From the human T2T-CHM13v2.0 reference genome, Homo sapiens, in assembly GCF_009914755.1 (NCBI RefSeq), contig NC_060929.1: a DNA stretch of 64,000 bases. One strand, written 5' to 3'. The translations under genes and the position numbers were made by a program. The notes under the pieces were generated by a model. The model saw nothing but the letters and a program-made list of their open reading frames with translations. It had not been told where the DNA came from and made no database searches. Position 1 is the stretch's first letter. Each line of letters starts with the position of its first letter. This document shows positions 1 through 11,235 of the stretch, in pieces.

Positions 1-255
1 GATTATCCAGGTAAATCCAGTGTAATCACTGGTGTCCTTATAAGAGCAAAGGAGAAGAGTCAGAGTCAGAATCCAAGAAAGATATGTACAATGCAAAGAG
101 TTGTCAAAGTCAGAGATAGGCTCATTGGAAAATGCTTTGCTTCTAGCTTTAAAAATGGAGAAGGGGCTACAAGTCAACAAATGCAAGTGGTCTCCAGAAG
201 TGCAAAATGTCAAGGAAATGGATTCTCTGCTAGAGCCTCCAGCAGGAACTCAGTA
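1..255 (+). mobile_element. MLT1 (MaLR) LTR fragment, truncated by window start
   Basis: GATTATCCAGG..TGTAATCAC..GTCCTTATAAGAG and CAAGGAAATGGATTCTCTGCTAGAGCCTCCAG match MLT1C/D motifs. Confidence 0.75.
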
Positions 256-1029
256 GAAAGTTAGAGAAAATGAGAAGACACTTCTGCCCTCAGAAATGGT
301 ACCATGTAATGTCAAATAATCATGTGCTAGTTAAAGCAGAAATAACCACTATATGTTGCTGGGGAGAAAATTTTTGAAATTCTTCACATATTCCATTCGT
401 AGGACTAAGCATTTCTCTGAATAAAGAGGATTTTTTTTTTCTGCTTGTGACATTTAGTAAGTCGGATCCCTGCTTATCTAAAATTTTACCTGATAGTAGT
501 GTCCATCTACCTGATAGACAGAAGTATCTCTTTCACAACAGAATTGCCTTTTTCTTGAGCAGGAACAAACAGTGAAACTCATGAATGTAGTTGGGGCAAT
601 AATTTTTCCAAATTCTTTATTATGTTCATAGTGTGAATATACGCTGGGATGCAGTCTTTGAACATGATATTAAGCACCTAAAATATACCAATGCATCTTG
701 CAGATGCTTTTCGAATACAGGATTTGTATAGAGGGTGTATAATAAAGGACTTGGAAGCAACTGCAGTTACTCCAGTGGAATGGAAGTGATCTCAAGATTG
801 TATGAGGGAGCAGAAAACCATAGGCAACACCTCAAAACCCACAGAGGAAAGAGTTTTACCTGAAAGACATGGGGAGACTATTTCAGGTGAAATGAATGGA
901 ACCTAGTATAGTTCAGATGTGAAAAAGAAATATGTGTAGGGGATGGTGGAATATTCCATCTATTTCTACAATACTGGCAAAATATAAAGGCTGATGGGAG
1001 GCTGCAGAGAAAAGTGTAGGTTTTTTAAG

Positions 1030-1253
1030 ACAGGCAGAACTGAGTTCAGGTCCCAGCTTTGCTCCTTACCATGTGTATAACTTTATGCCACTTCACTGAA
1101 CCTTACTGTGCTTTAGTTGTCATCTGTAAAATGGGGTAGCAATGCCTTCCTCACAGTGTTGTCAGTTACCAGGATTCAGTGAAAGAATAGATGTATAGAG
1201 CTTAGCAGTATGCCTGGCACACAGGAAACTCTTAATAAACTTAGTTATTATTA
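1030..1253 (+). mobile_element. MIR SINE
   Basis: Core CATCTGTAAAATGGGG and 3' end GCTTAGCAGTATGCCTGGCACACAGG..TAATAAA. Confidence 0.8.
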
Positions 1254-2983
1254 TGAGAACCTACTGCATTACAACTTGGAGTGTCTTACTATGATCTCTT
1301 CTCAAATCTGCAGTCACCAACCTGGTCTTTGAATTAACTAGCTGAAGGCAGAGCAGATACACAAACATAGAACAACAGTCCCGGGGGGAGACAAGCTCCA
1401 GTAAGGCCCTGTTGCCCCTTTTGCCATAGAGCAGCAACCAGGTGTGGTTTTTCAGAAATGCCTTTATGAGAGGTTTGGACTTCAGGGTCTATGCACTTGA
1501 TGTACTGAAACCTCCACTGGATGCTAGTTCCAAATGCATCCAGTTAGCTGTCTGGATAACTTTGTTTACTATTCATCTGGTCACTCTCAGGCCTTTAAAT
1601 CCTGGGCAATTTCACCCAGACTTGCTGTCCTGCACTTGTTTTGTAAATGGGATCGACTTCATTGAGGTCCTTCAGGATCATAAAGGAATAAATTTATCTT
1701 TTTGTTTCGTTGTTCATTGTGTATTTAGATTTAGAAAGCCCTGCATTTGGTAGAGCACATTCCTTTACATGATTAACTGTTGTTAAATTAATTTGACAGC
1801 ACTTAAGTAATCTAGCCTCACACTAAGTAGGCTCCATATCAAACCAAGCAGTCTTCCTGATCCCTCTATCTGAATCACCCCATCTTGTTTGGAAACCCTC
1901 TTATCTGAGTTAGGGACTTATTCCCACTCTACTTGTGTTCCTTCTTATTCCTGAACCTTTCTCTCTGTATAGCCCTGAACAAAATATAGTGGCCCTCTAG
2001 GGATATTATTTTAATTGCTGCATTTTATCCAAGACTTAAAACATACATAATTAGAAAGAAACCTCAATTTATATAATTTTCAATGTAATTTAGAAGGTGA
2101 AATGGACTGTTTTTGTTCCTGTATCTTTAGTTACTAGATTTTTAATAGCTTGGAAGTGCAGTGATGCTTGAAAATATAACTTTTTGGAAGGAAAATGTAC
2201 CAGAAATTGTGACCTTCTTAAGTTTCAATGGATTGGACCACTGAGCCAAGAAGTATGCTGACCACCCACAGGGGCTTCAAGCATGGTGCAGTGATTGTCA
2301 AACGCCTGGCCGAGGCTAGTTAGAATTAAGTGAAGACAATCTCTATCTGGGCCAGAGAAATTCTAGAACCCGTCTTGTGGGTTTAACATCTATGTAGTGT
2401 TTCAAGCAAACCCATCCCCATATCCTGAACTCAAGGGCTGGCAGGTTGTGGATCCTACATATTTAAGACCACTTTGTCTTCTCCCATAATAAAGTTTTCT
2501 CCTGCTCCCATTAAAAAGCATTACAAGTGAAAACATTTGAGGAAATCACAACTCCAAGCCTTGCTGGATTAGAATAAGTGGTTATAATAACAAAACCCCT
2601 TTATAGGAAACCCTATATTTGGGGAATCGTCAGAAATCCACATGGCTGATTGTAATTCAAAAGCCCTGAGAATAACTACTGCCTTTTCCTTTTCAGACAT
2701 CTGAGCTTAACTCTTGGCATCCTGGTAGTAGTTTTACAGAATCCAAATTGTGGCAGCAGTGAAAGACATTTGAGGTGGGAGCCTTTTGAGCTCACTCCCC
2801 ACTTAGAACCTGCCCCTGTTCCTTTCACACCTTTGTTCTCCATCAAAGAGGCCCACATGCACTCACTGTTCCCAATGAGTGCTAATTCGAAATGCAGTTA
2901 GTGCTCTGGGAGAAGAGAAGTGGATAATGATCATTTCATAGAGCTGTAGGACCTTTTGCATTAGTTATAATAACAATAACTAC

Positions 2984-3678
2984 CATTGTTCTCAACTGGT
3001 GTAGCACTGCCCTCAAGGCTGTGAGAATTCAGCGGGAAATGGGAAGGGATGCTAATGACATGCAAGGCATAGAACAGTCCTGCACAGTGAGGACAGTGAG
3101 GAAATGCTTGTGTTCCACTTGACATTGCAGCTCACTGGACATCCTTGTAGATTTAAAAAATAAGATCAGTAGTTATTTGGGTCTCAAGTCTAGCACCCGT
3201 GTCTATGTAAATAGGTATTTTTTGCACAGACTGAATATGTATTAAATTTTCCAAGAATGAAACTAGCATGTGCATTGAGGGATGATAGTACTAAGAATTG
3301 GAGCTTTTCGAGGAACTGTTCACTATCTCAGTCACATCATGGTGGCCATGTTGCTTGTGATGTAACAGGCAGCGACTCTGCATGTGTATACCTGCATTTG
3401 CAGCTTCTACCTTCAGAGCAAAGCATGCAACTAGACTAGCGATTGCATCTTCCTGGATAGAAGAGCCTAACCAATTACATATTTAAATGTATAACATTTT
3501 AATATAATTTACTTTTCTTCTATTTCTCTTTTTTTACACAAGGCATTATATGATTTCTTTTGAAATTATATATGTCGGTTATTATCTTTGAATCACATTT
3601 TAGGATACTAAAGGGGACACGACCAGACATTTGTTACAAAACAGGAGTGTTGGGTTCCATTGGGGATGGGAACCATTG
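2984..3678 (+). mobile_element. hAT-Charlie DNA transposon, MER20B-like
   Basis: Degenerate TIRs CATTGTTCTCAAC ... GGGAACCATTG; MER20-like GGGATGCT..ACAGTCCTGCACA; about 700 bp. Confidence 0.55.
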
Positions 3679-3719
3679 ATTAAGTGCTTATCATAGCTCC
3701 AGTACAAAGATAAGGGTAT

Positions 3720-3969
3720 TACGATTAATTCCTAGTCACCATAGGTGGTACGTAGTATTATCCCAATTTATAAATTTAGAAGACTGAGGTTTGCTTAGTG
3801 AGTGTCAAAAACATTTCTGGATTTGGGAACTGGCATTCCTACATGTGTAGGTCTAGTAACTCAGACCATTCACTTAGCCATCCGGTAACACAAACCATTC
3901 TCTTAACCATCTGGTAACTCCAACCATTCTCTTAACCATCTAGTAACTCAAACCATGCTCTTGACCACT
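3720..3969 (-). mobile_element. MIR fragment whose 5' head is tandemly amplified
   Basis: TATTATCCCAATTTTATAAAT..GACTGAGG core and terminal CATGCTCTTGACCACT (reverse of MIR head AGTGGTTAAGAGCA). Confidence 0.6.
3854..3969. repeat. 29-bp minisatellite, 4 copies
   Basis: Approximate consensus T(A/G)GTAACTCAAACCATTCTCTTAACCATC; copies start at 3854, 3883, 3912, 3941. Confidence 0.9.
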
Positions 3970-4904
3970 CCATGGTCGCCTCCAGTCAGGCCATGTTCTT
4001 GTCCCATTTGAAAAGTACCTAGTCTATATCCGAGGGCTCTCCAGGTAGATCAGCCAGCACTTGCCTATAAATGCCCCACTTGAGGAAACATGAATGGGAA
4101 ACTTGGGCAATAGTGTTGTGTCCCCAAGGCTGAAGGTTTCTGACCATCAGCAAGACCAGAACATGCCTGGTTTCCTCTTGTAATAACATTCAAAGCCAGA
4201 TGACAGTGGGGCTGACTCCGTAACCCAGTATGTTTATGTAGGCAGTGCCTGAGAGTTTTGTTTAATGATGTACTAATAGGGCTGACAAGGCTCAGAAAGA
4301 TCACCACACAGAGGGGTGGGAGAGGAGGAACCCTCTAGAATCCATACTGGGTAATTGGTTCAGAAAGAAAGGTCCTTTCCATCCTCAACTACCAAAGACA
4401 GAGCCAGTGAATCAGGCCTCGTCCTCCATCTCCCCAGAGTTGTGAGACCATGGGCAGGACATCACCACCATCTGCTTCCCCCTGCCCTGGCACCTAGCGG
4501 GAACTCCAACGGTGCACGTCATGGGCAATGCGACAGCTCCTATTGCTGCTTGCTGAGCTGGCCTGCATGTCACACTGACATTGAGGAGTTTTCTTCCTTC
4601 TTGTTCCAACTCTTTTCTCTGTTCTAAATATTATTCACCTCTTGCTGCTTGTCATCAGTTTATTTTCAGTTTTTTTTTTTTTTTTAGAAAAATGCACAAG
4701 GTAATGTTTTCCAGTGTGATAAAAGGAGAAAATGATGTGTGATTTCTACCTCCTTAGGTTATATAATAGGTCTTGATGCAGGGCTTCTTGGGATGTCCAG
4801 GTTCACTGTCTCTTAAGTATTTCATTAAGCATCTAAAACCAGTATCAGTGGGATGACATGTAAAAATAGCTGCTACCTGCGGTGTACACATTTTGTTTCA
4901 GGCA

Positions 4905-5090
4905 CTGTGTTCCTCCTCTTATCTGCTGTTGACCTTGGGCAAGATATTTACCAACTGTGTGCCTCAGTTTCTTATCTATAAAATAGAAAAATAATAATAG
5001 TGCCTCAAAAGGTAGGTTGCACTGGTTAACTAAGATAAACAAAAACACTTAGAATAATACCTAACACATAGTAAATGCTCAATAAATTGA
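4905..5090 (+). mobile_element. MIR SINE
   Basis: TGACCTTGGGCAAG..TGTGCCTCAGTTTCTTATCTATAAAAT..CACATAGTAAATGCTCAATAAA. Confidence 0.85.
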
Positions 5091-5246
5091 ACTTGTAGAA
5101 GTAGTAGTGGTTGTACAAGTAAATTAATCAGAGTTGCTCACAACAGTCTTTTAAAATTTTGCAGATGAGGAAACTGTCTAAAAGAACTTAAATGGCTGTC
5201 CCATTCAACTAATAATGAATATAACTGAATCCAGGTTTGTCCAAAC

Positions 5247-5470
5247 CAGGGATTCTCAACCTTGGCTTAACAGAAATTTTGATCTTCATAATTCTTTATG
5301 GTGGGGAGCTGTGCTGTGCATTGTAAGATGTTTTGCAGCATCTTTGGCTTTTACCCTCTACACGCCAATTGCACACCCCAAGTATAACAACCAAAAATAT
5401 CTCCAGACATTTCCACATATCCCCAGGGATGAGAGTTATGTGCAAAATTGTTTCTTGTTGAGAACCACTG
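5247..5470 (-). mobile_element. MER20 (hAT-Charlie)
   Basis: TIRs CAGGGATTCTCAAC / GTTGAGAACCACTG; degenerate 8-bp TSD GTCCAAAC / GTGTAAAC. Confidence 0.85.
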
Positions 5471-5790
5471 GTGTAAACCAATAGTTTTCTGCCCTTTTTG
5501 CTATCCTCATTATGTAGGAAGATCCTTTTCTATATTTTTTTAAACAAATGAGCTAAGTAATGAGGCATTTCTTCATGTTAGAAAACAAGCTTTTGCTTTC
5601 CAACTTTCAAAACTCAGCAGTTACTTAAAATAATCAGTTTTATGGGTATAACCAAAACCCAATTCAATTAAAATAAATAATCCCCAGCTAGGAAACTGTC
5701 CCTTTGGTCAATGATTAGAATAAATATACATTGTTCTTCAAAATTCTCCAGTTAACACTATAGATTTGTGAAAGCAGTCCTGACGAAATA

Positions 5791-6224
5791 TTTTTTTTAA
5801 TTTTATTTTTAGTTGACACATAGTAATTTTACATATTTATGGGCTACAGTATGATGTTTCAGTACATGTATACTTTGTATAATGATCAAATCAGGGAATT
5901 ATATTCATCGCCTCAAATATTTATCATTTCTTTGTGGTGAGAACATTCAAAATACTCCATTGTAGCTATTGTGAAATATACAATACATTATTGTTAACAA
6001 TAGATCCCCAGAACTTATTTCTTCTATCTTACTCTAATTCTCAACGTGGATGAACCTAGAGGACATTATGTTAAGTGAAATAAGCCAAACAGAAAAGGAT
6101 AAATATTGAATGATCTCACCCATATGTGAAATCTGAAATAGTGGATCTCTTGGAAGCAGAGAGTAGAATGATGGTTACCAGAGGCTGGGAATGTTGTGGG
6201 GGTGGAGGATGGGGACAGATTGGT
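5791..6224 (-). mobile_element. L1MA-type 3' end with inverted upstream segment
   Basis: 5791-6033 is the L1 3'UTR terminus on - (T tail at left); 6042-6224 is the adjacent upstream L1 sequence on + (GGATGAACCTAGAGGACATTATGTTAAGTGAAATAAGCC). Confidence 0.8.
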
Positions 6225-7494
6225 AGGTCAACAGATGCTGGATTCTTCAGTGTGTGAGCCACAGGGAGTTCAGTACTGCTGTAATTGTAGGAATGGATTT
6301 AGAGGTTAGAGGAAAATGAGTTGTTTTCTGTGCTTGGAGTGTTATCAGTTTTTGAGGATGTTGGCACTCTAAGTTAAGGGAAAGGATGCCCTTTTCATCT
6401 TCACTTAAAATACTCAGTTTGTACTTTGAAAAGTGGAATGTTTCCTGTATGTGACATGGCTTTCCCATCCCTCTTAATGAGCTTTCCTATCTGTTGGTGT
6501 CACCCTTTTCCTGCCACCTGGCCCCCAGGATGATAACCTAGGGTGACAACTGACTTCTGTTCTTGTCAGTATTGAGGCACTGGAGTGCACATCCCGCTTG
6601 ATGGGCAGGTTTCCCCACCACCTTTCATCAGGACATCACATAGCAGACACACCAAGGGTTGGCCTAGCATCACTGAGTGGTATTCCTTGCCTTTAAAGCG
6701 AAAATCATGAATCAACTTGATGTTTCATGTAATTGCATCCAACAGTGAGAACAGACCAATTTTCATATTCGGACCTTTGCATCTAAAGCTCGAATGATGC
6801 CCATTCCGGTTGCTCTTCCAAGCCTTTGCTCTAAAGTGCTAACCTGCCGTCATTTGGCTCTTTCTCCTGCCCTCCCTTTCCTGTTGTAGGCAACCAGTGC
6901 AGTTGTTTTCTCTGATGGGTTTTCCTGTTGCTTTGGAGGTTACTCCACCCAAGAGGATCTAGGTGCTGCTCAGTGTACTTCTGGGGCTGACGTTTTCCTC
7001 TGATGCCTGTTACCTTTTGCCCACTTTTCTTCTTTTGAGTGTATTTAAATTCCAAGCACCGTCACAGCAGGGGAGAAGATTTCTTTGAGTCTAGCTGTTA
7101 TGATTTACCCCAGAGTGTTAAGATCACTGACAGATGTTGGCCTGGCCTAATTCTCTTTAGCCTGACTCAGAGAAATCTAAAGATTTCCTTATCATTTCAT
7201 CATCTTCTGAGATGAAGTCGACTGAGAAAAGGGAAGTCTGGAAAGTCAATGGTACCTTCAAGGATGGAACCTATGCACAGGGACTCCCGCATCGCTGGAT
7301 TTGGATGGTAGAAGCACAGTTCAGATGAGAGGTGGCTGGTTTAGGGTTCTGATAAACAGCAATCATATAAGACTGGTGTGTGGTGAGGTAGGACTTTGGT
7401 TCTGGGAATGTGCCGTGGCTGAGCGTCTGCTGTGGATATGGCAGAGACTCTGCAGGCCATGATGGGGTGAGAGCCAGGGCCAGAGAATGGAAGT

Positions 7495-7720
7495 GAGAGC
7501 CTGAGCCCTCAGAGTAGGCTGCCTCGATTGGAATCCGGGGTCACTTCTCTTTTCTAATTGAAAGATCCTACCAGCTGTTGAATCCCTCTATGCCTCAGTT
7601 TCCTGCTCTGTAAAATGGGAATAATAAGAGTACCTACTTCATAGAGATGGGAATTAACTGAGGTAATGCATTTAAGTTACTTGGAATAGTGATTGGCACC
7701 CAATAATACTAAGTATTAGC
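7495..7720 (+). mobile_element. MIR SINE
   Basis: CTCTATGCCTCAGTTTCCTGCTCTGTAAAATGGGAATAATAAGAGTACCTAC core. Confidence 0.85.
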
Positions 7721-7994
7721 CCTTGTTATTAGCAAAACTACAAAAAGGCTACAAAAAGTGGACCTTTCTAATCACATTGACTGCCCATTCTCCCCACTTA
7801 AACACTAACATCTGCAGCGGACTTTGGCCCATTCTGTATCTCCCTCTGTTGTCTTTTACAAGCTATTCATTTAATATCTTTGCTTGCCTCTCAGTTTTTC
7901 TCTTAGATGAATGTCATGGCACTGTTAAGCCTGTTCTCCTGAATTAACTGGAAAAGCCAGTAAACTTTCCTATCCCCTTTATTCTGATGATAGA

Positions 7995-8405
7995 GTTTTT
8001 ACCCCTGGCCATAGAAGTGGGGACTTCATCCAGGCCTGATCCGAAATGGCCATCAGGCTGCAAATAAAGGTGTTCCAAAGATCGTGCAAATGATCTTGGG
8101 GTCACAGCTCTTCTAGGGGTTGTTATTCGTACATAGGGCTAAAAATGTTCTTTCTGCTGGAGTTGCTAAGCGGGTGGTGCCTACATGAAGTCTGCTCTCA
8201 GCCATCCAAGCAAGTGAGGCTGAAAACAGATGTAAGAAGATGTGAAGAATGAGGAAGGGAGAGAGTGGTGACTATGGTGAGTGCTGGCTCCTCCTTCATT
8301 TCTGTCACTCACCACCCATCCTTCCTAGACTCATTCCCTTTCTGCTTAGTCCTATTCGGATTGGGCCCTGAGCCTCTGAACCAGTTGGAGTAATGCTGCT
8401 TAAAC
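7995..8405 (+). mobile_element. Old ERVL LTR (LTR16/LTR33-like), very diverged
   Basis: TTTCTGCTGGAGTTGCTAAGC..CAGCCATC and ATTCCCTTTCTGCTTA..GATTGGG resemble LTR16-group motifs. Confidence 0.45.
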
Positions 8406-8859
8406 AAAACAATGAGTTCCATCAGGACCAGACAGTGATGGGATTTTACTCATTTCTATGATGCCTGTGCCTTGCCTAGTGCCAAGCTTGGTCAGAGGAA
8501 CGATGTGGTCTACATTTGGAGAAGTAGAGCTCCAAATGTCAGAGCTAGAACTGCCTTCTCATGGGGTCTTACTTTGGCAAGTGACTTGGGCCAAAAAGCA
8601 TCTCCTTATCTCCTGTGAGCTGTCTGCCTGGAATTTGCAGAGCCTGGACCACTGGAATGGGCGATGGTGGATGCCACCAGATGCGAGACTTACAGACAGC
8701 CCAAAGCCCTCTGGACACTGCCCCCTTCTCTTATTCCCACAGGCACAAGCTCCCCCGGGTGCCTGGGAGGACTCTTTTCTTTTGGAAATATTGGACAGGA
8801 TCCATATTCCCTTATTCCCTTGCTTCCTTTTAACTTTCTTTTAAAAAGTGGCTTCCCTG

Positions 8860-9657
8860 TGATACAGGCGGTGGGCCGGGAAGTGCTGTGTAGAGAAGTG
8901 CAGGGTCTCTGGCAAGGGCTCCACCCTCAGGCCTGTGCCCATGGACCTAAGTGAGAATAGGCACTCTTGTTTTCATGCCCAAATGTTGCATTTTCCAAGA
9001 CCACTCTGGCCCGCCATGTCCCCCATCCTGTGCCAGTAAAAACCCCAAGACCCTAGCGGACACACGCATAAGCAGCTGGACATCAAGAGGAACACACTGG
9101 CAGAAGAACACACCGACAGATGCTGGAAGGCCATCAGTGGTGGAACGACGCAGATGCTGAGGGAAATTTGGCAGAGGGTGGTTGGAGAAGAGCCTGGCCG
9201 CTGAGCAGCCCGACTCCAGGGTAAGACCACCTTCCCACTCCATCCCCCTTCTGGCTCCCCATCCATCTGCTGAGTGCTACTTCCACCATTCAATAAAACC
9301 TTGCACTCATTCTCCAAGCCCACGTGTGATCCAATTTTTCCGGTACACTAGGGCAAGAACCCAGGATACTGAAAGCCCTCTGTCGTTACAATAAGGCAGA
9401 GAGCCTAATTGAACTGATTAACACAAGCTGCCTGGGGACGGTAAGCTGAAAGAACACACTGTAACACATGCCCACTGGGCTTTGGGAGCTGTAAACACTC
9501 AACCCTAGACGCTGCTGTGGGGTCGGAGCCCGTACTCCCCATGACATGCCTGTCTGCATGCTTCCTCTAGGGGTCTGAGTAATGGTGCACCAAAGACACA
9601 AGCCTCACCCTTGTTGCATGTCCTGCAAAGGGATAAGGGAAAACTCCTCCCATTTCA
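8860..9657 (+). mobile_element. Solo LTR1-family (ERV1) LTR
   Basis: Starts TGATACAGG, ends CCCATTTCA; GGGCTCCACCCTCAGGCCTGTGCCCATGGACCTAAGTGAG motif; AATAAA near 9292; perfect 4-bp TSD CCTG at 8856-8859 and 9658-9661. Confidence 0.85.
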
Positions 9658-10049
9658 CCTGTGCATAAGTGTAGGTCTTCTTTTGACTTTTCATAAACTT
9701 ACATTCCTTTATTTTGTCTTAGCCTTGTTATAACTAGCAAAGCAGGTGGGGCAGTTAACACCAGTGTTAATACAGATGCTTAGCGAAAAAAGGTCAAATT
9801 CCTGGGCTTCCTTTGTCCCTAGCCTGACACAGGGTTGAAGGTAATGACAATGCTGAGATGTGAGTGGCCTAAGAAGACAAGATGCATGTAAGTGTCCTCT
9901 GTACCTTATAAATAGATTTTACTAGAAAGTGTTTTAATCCTTTAACTAGACCTTGGAAGTCAGCTTCCAGGAGCACAAAACAGATCTTTTCCCAAATAGG
10001 TACAGGCTGCCCTCGAGGAATAGCTGTAGGACACAGGAATATAAGCTAT

Positions 10050-10084
10050 TCTGTCATTTTGACACCTCTGTCATTTTGACACCT
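10050..10084. repeat. Perfect 17-bp tandem duplication
   Basis: TCTGTCATTTTGACACC x2. Confidence 0.9.
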
Positions 10085-11019
10085 TTATTAATGTGCCATG
10101 GTAGGAAATGAAATAACCTATTCATACGTGCTTCAGCTAAGCCTGGAATATACATTTTTAAGGCAGGAGCTGGGGAGGAGGTTGAGTGGAAAAAAACAAA
10201 AAGCTAAAGGGAACAAAAAAAAGATTCTGGATGGACTTTGCAACCATAAATGGTAAAACTAACCCTGTTCCACTGCCAGCTAGAAGAACAGCCGAGTAAG
10301 GTTTTGATTTACAGGAACAGCTCAGCAAGGGCCTTGTAGAGAGCTTCATGCCTGCTATAAAAATGTGATTAGCTATAAAACAGAGAGCTTTAACAAGAGC
10401 ATTTAAGCATAGGCAACAGACCTGCTCAAAAATAAACAAAAACAGATATTGCTGCCTGAGTGTCTAACCCAACTTCATAAAGATCAGGATTAGGAGAATT
10501 TTTTTAGGCTTGTGATATAATTAATAACTTTTTACTTTTAGAGTCAAAAGAAAGGAAAAGGAAAGATGACCTTGAACTTTGCAAATGACTTCAGTCTGCC
10601 TCTCCTCTAAGCCTCTCTCTTCAGCTTGTGCAGTTCTAAAGCATGAATAGGAATCCTCCCCCAAAACAGCTCCCTGTGTCAGACCCTCCCTGGACACCAA
10701 GGATGGAAGGAAATAGAAGCCAGCAGGCGTCCAGGGCCTCAGGAGGGGAAAGTGTTTAAAGCTCCAAGTCTCCCAGCCCCCTGCCCTGGGCAGTCCCTCA
10801 CTGCTTGCTCTGTGACAAGTCTGCACTAATAACCCTGCACTGGGAAGGTCTGTGGCCAGAGCCTCACCCAGTTCCCATCGACAGTCCTTTTGAAAACAAG
10901 TGCCCCTTCTAAGTTAGTCTGAAGAGGTCCATTGGCTGGATATGGAAAAAGGAACTAAAATGCTGCACATCTGTTAATCACTGGGGTAATTTCTTAGTGA
11001 TTAGTCACAACAGCCGTGA

Positions 11020-11235
11020 TCTATGGATTTCTCCCTGTGTGTCAGTCACCATGCAGAGGACTTTATACGGATTATCTCTGTATCTTCCAACAAACTCTCT
11101 GAAGTAGGCTTTATTATCTCCATTTTATAGTGGGGAGAGAGCATACCCAGAAAGATTATCATACAACACATGAAAGTTAGAGTTGGGATTCAACCCTGGC
11201 CTGTCTGAATCCAGAGATCAAGCTTTTAACCCCTA
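11020..11235 (-). mobile_element. MIR SINE
   Basis: GAAGTAGGCTTTATTATCTCCATTTTATAG..GGGATTCAACCCTGGCCTGTCTGAATCCAGAG..TTTAACC. Confidence 0.8.

Noticed and set aside
3854-3969. 29-bp repeats as a CRISPR array
   Set aside because: Head-to-tail with no spacers, diverged, MIR-derived, in mammalian DNA with no cas genes.
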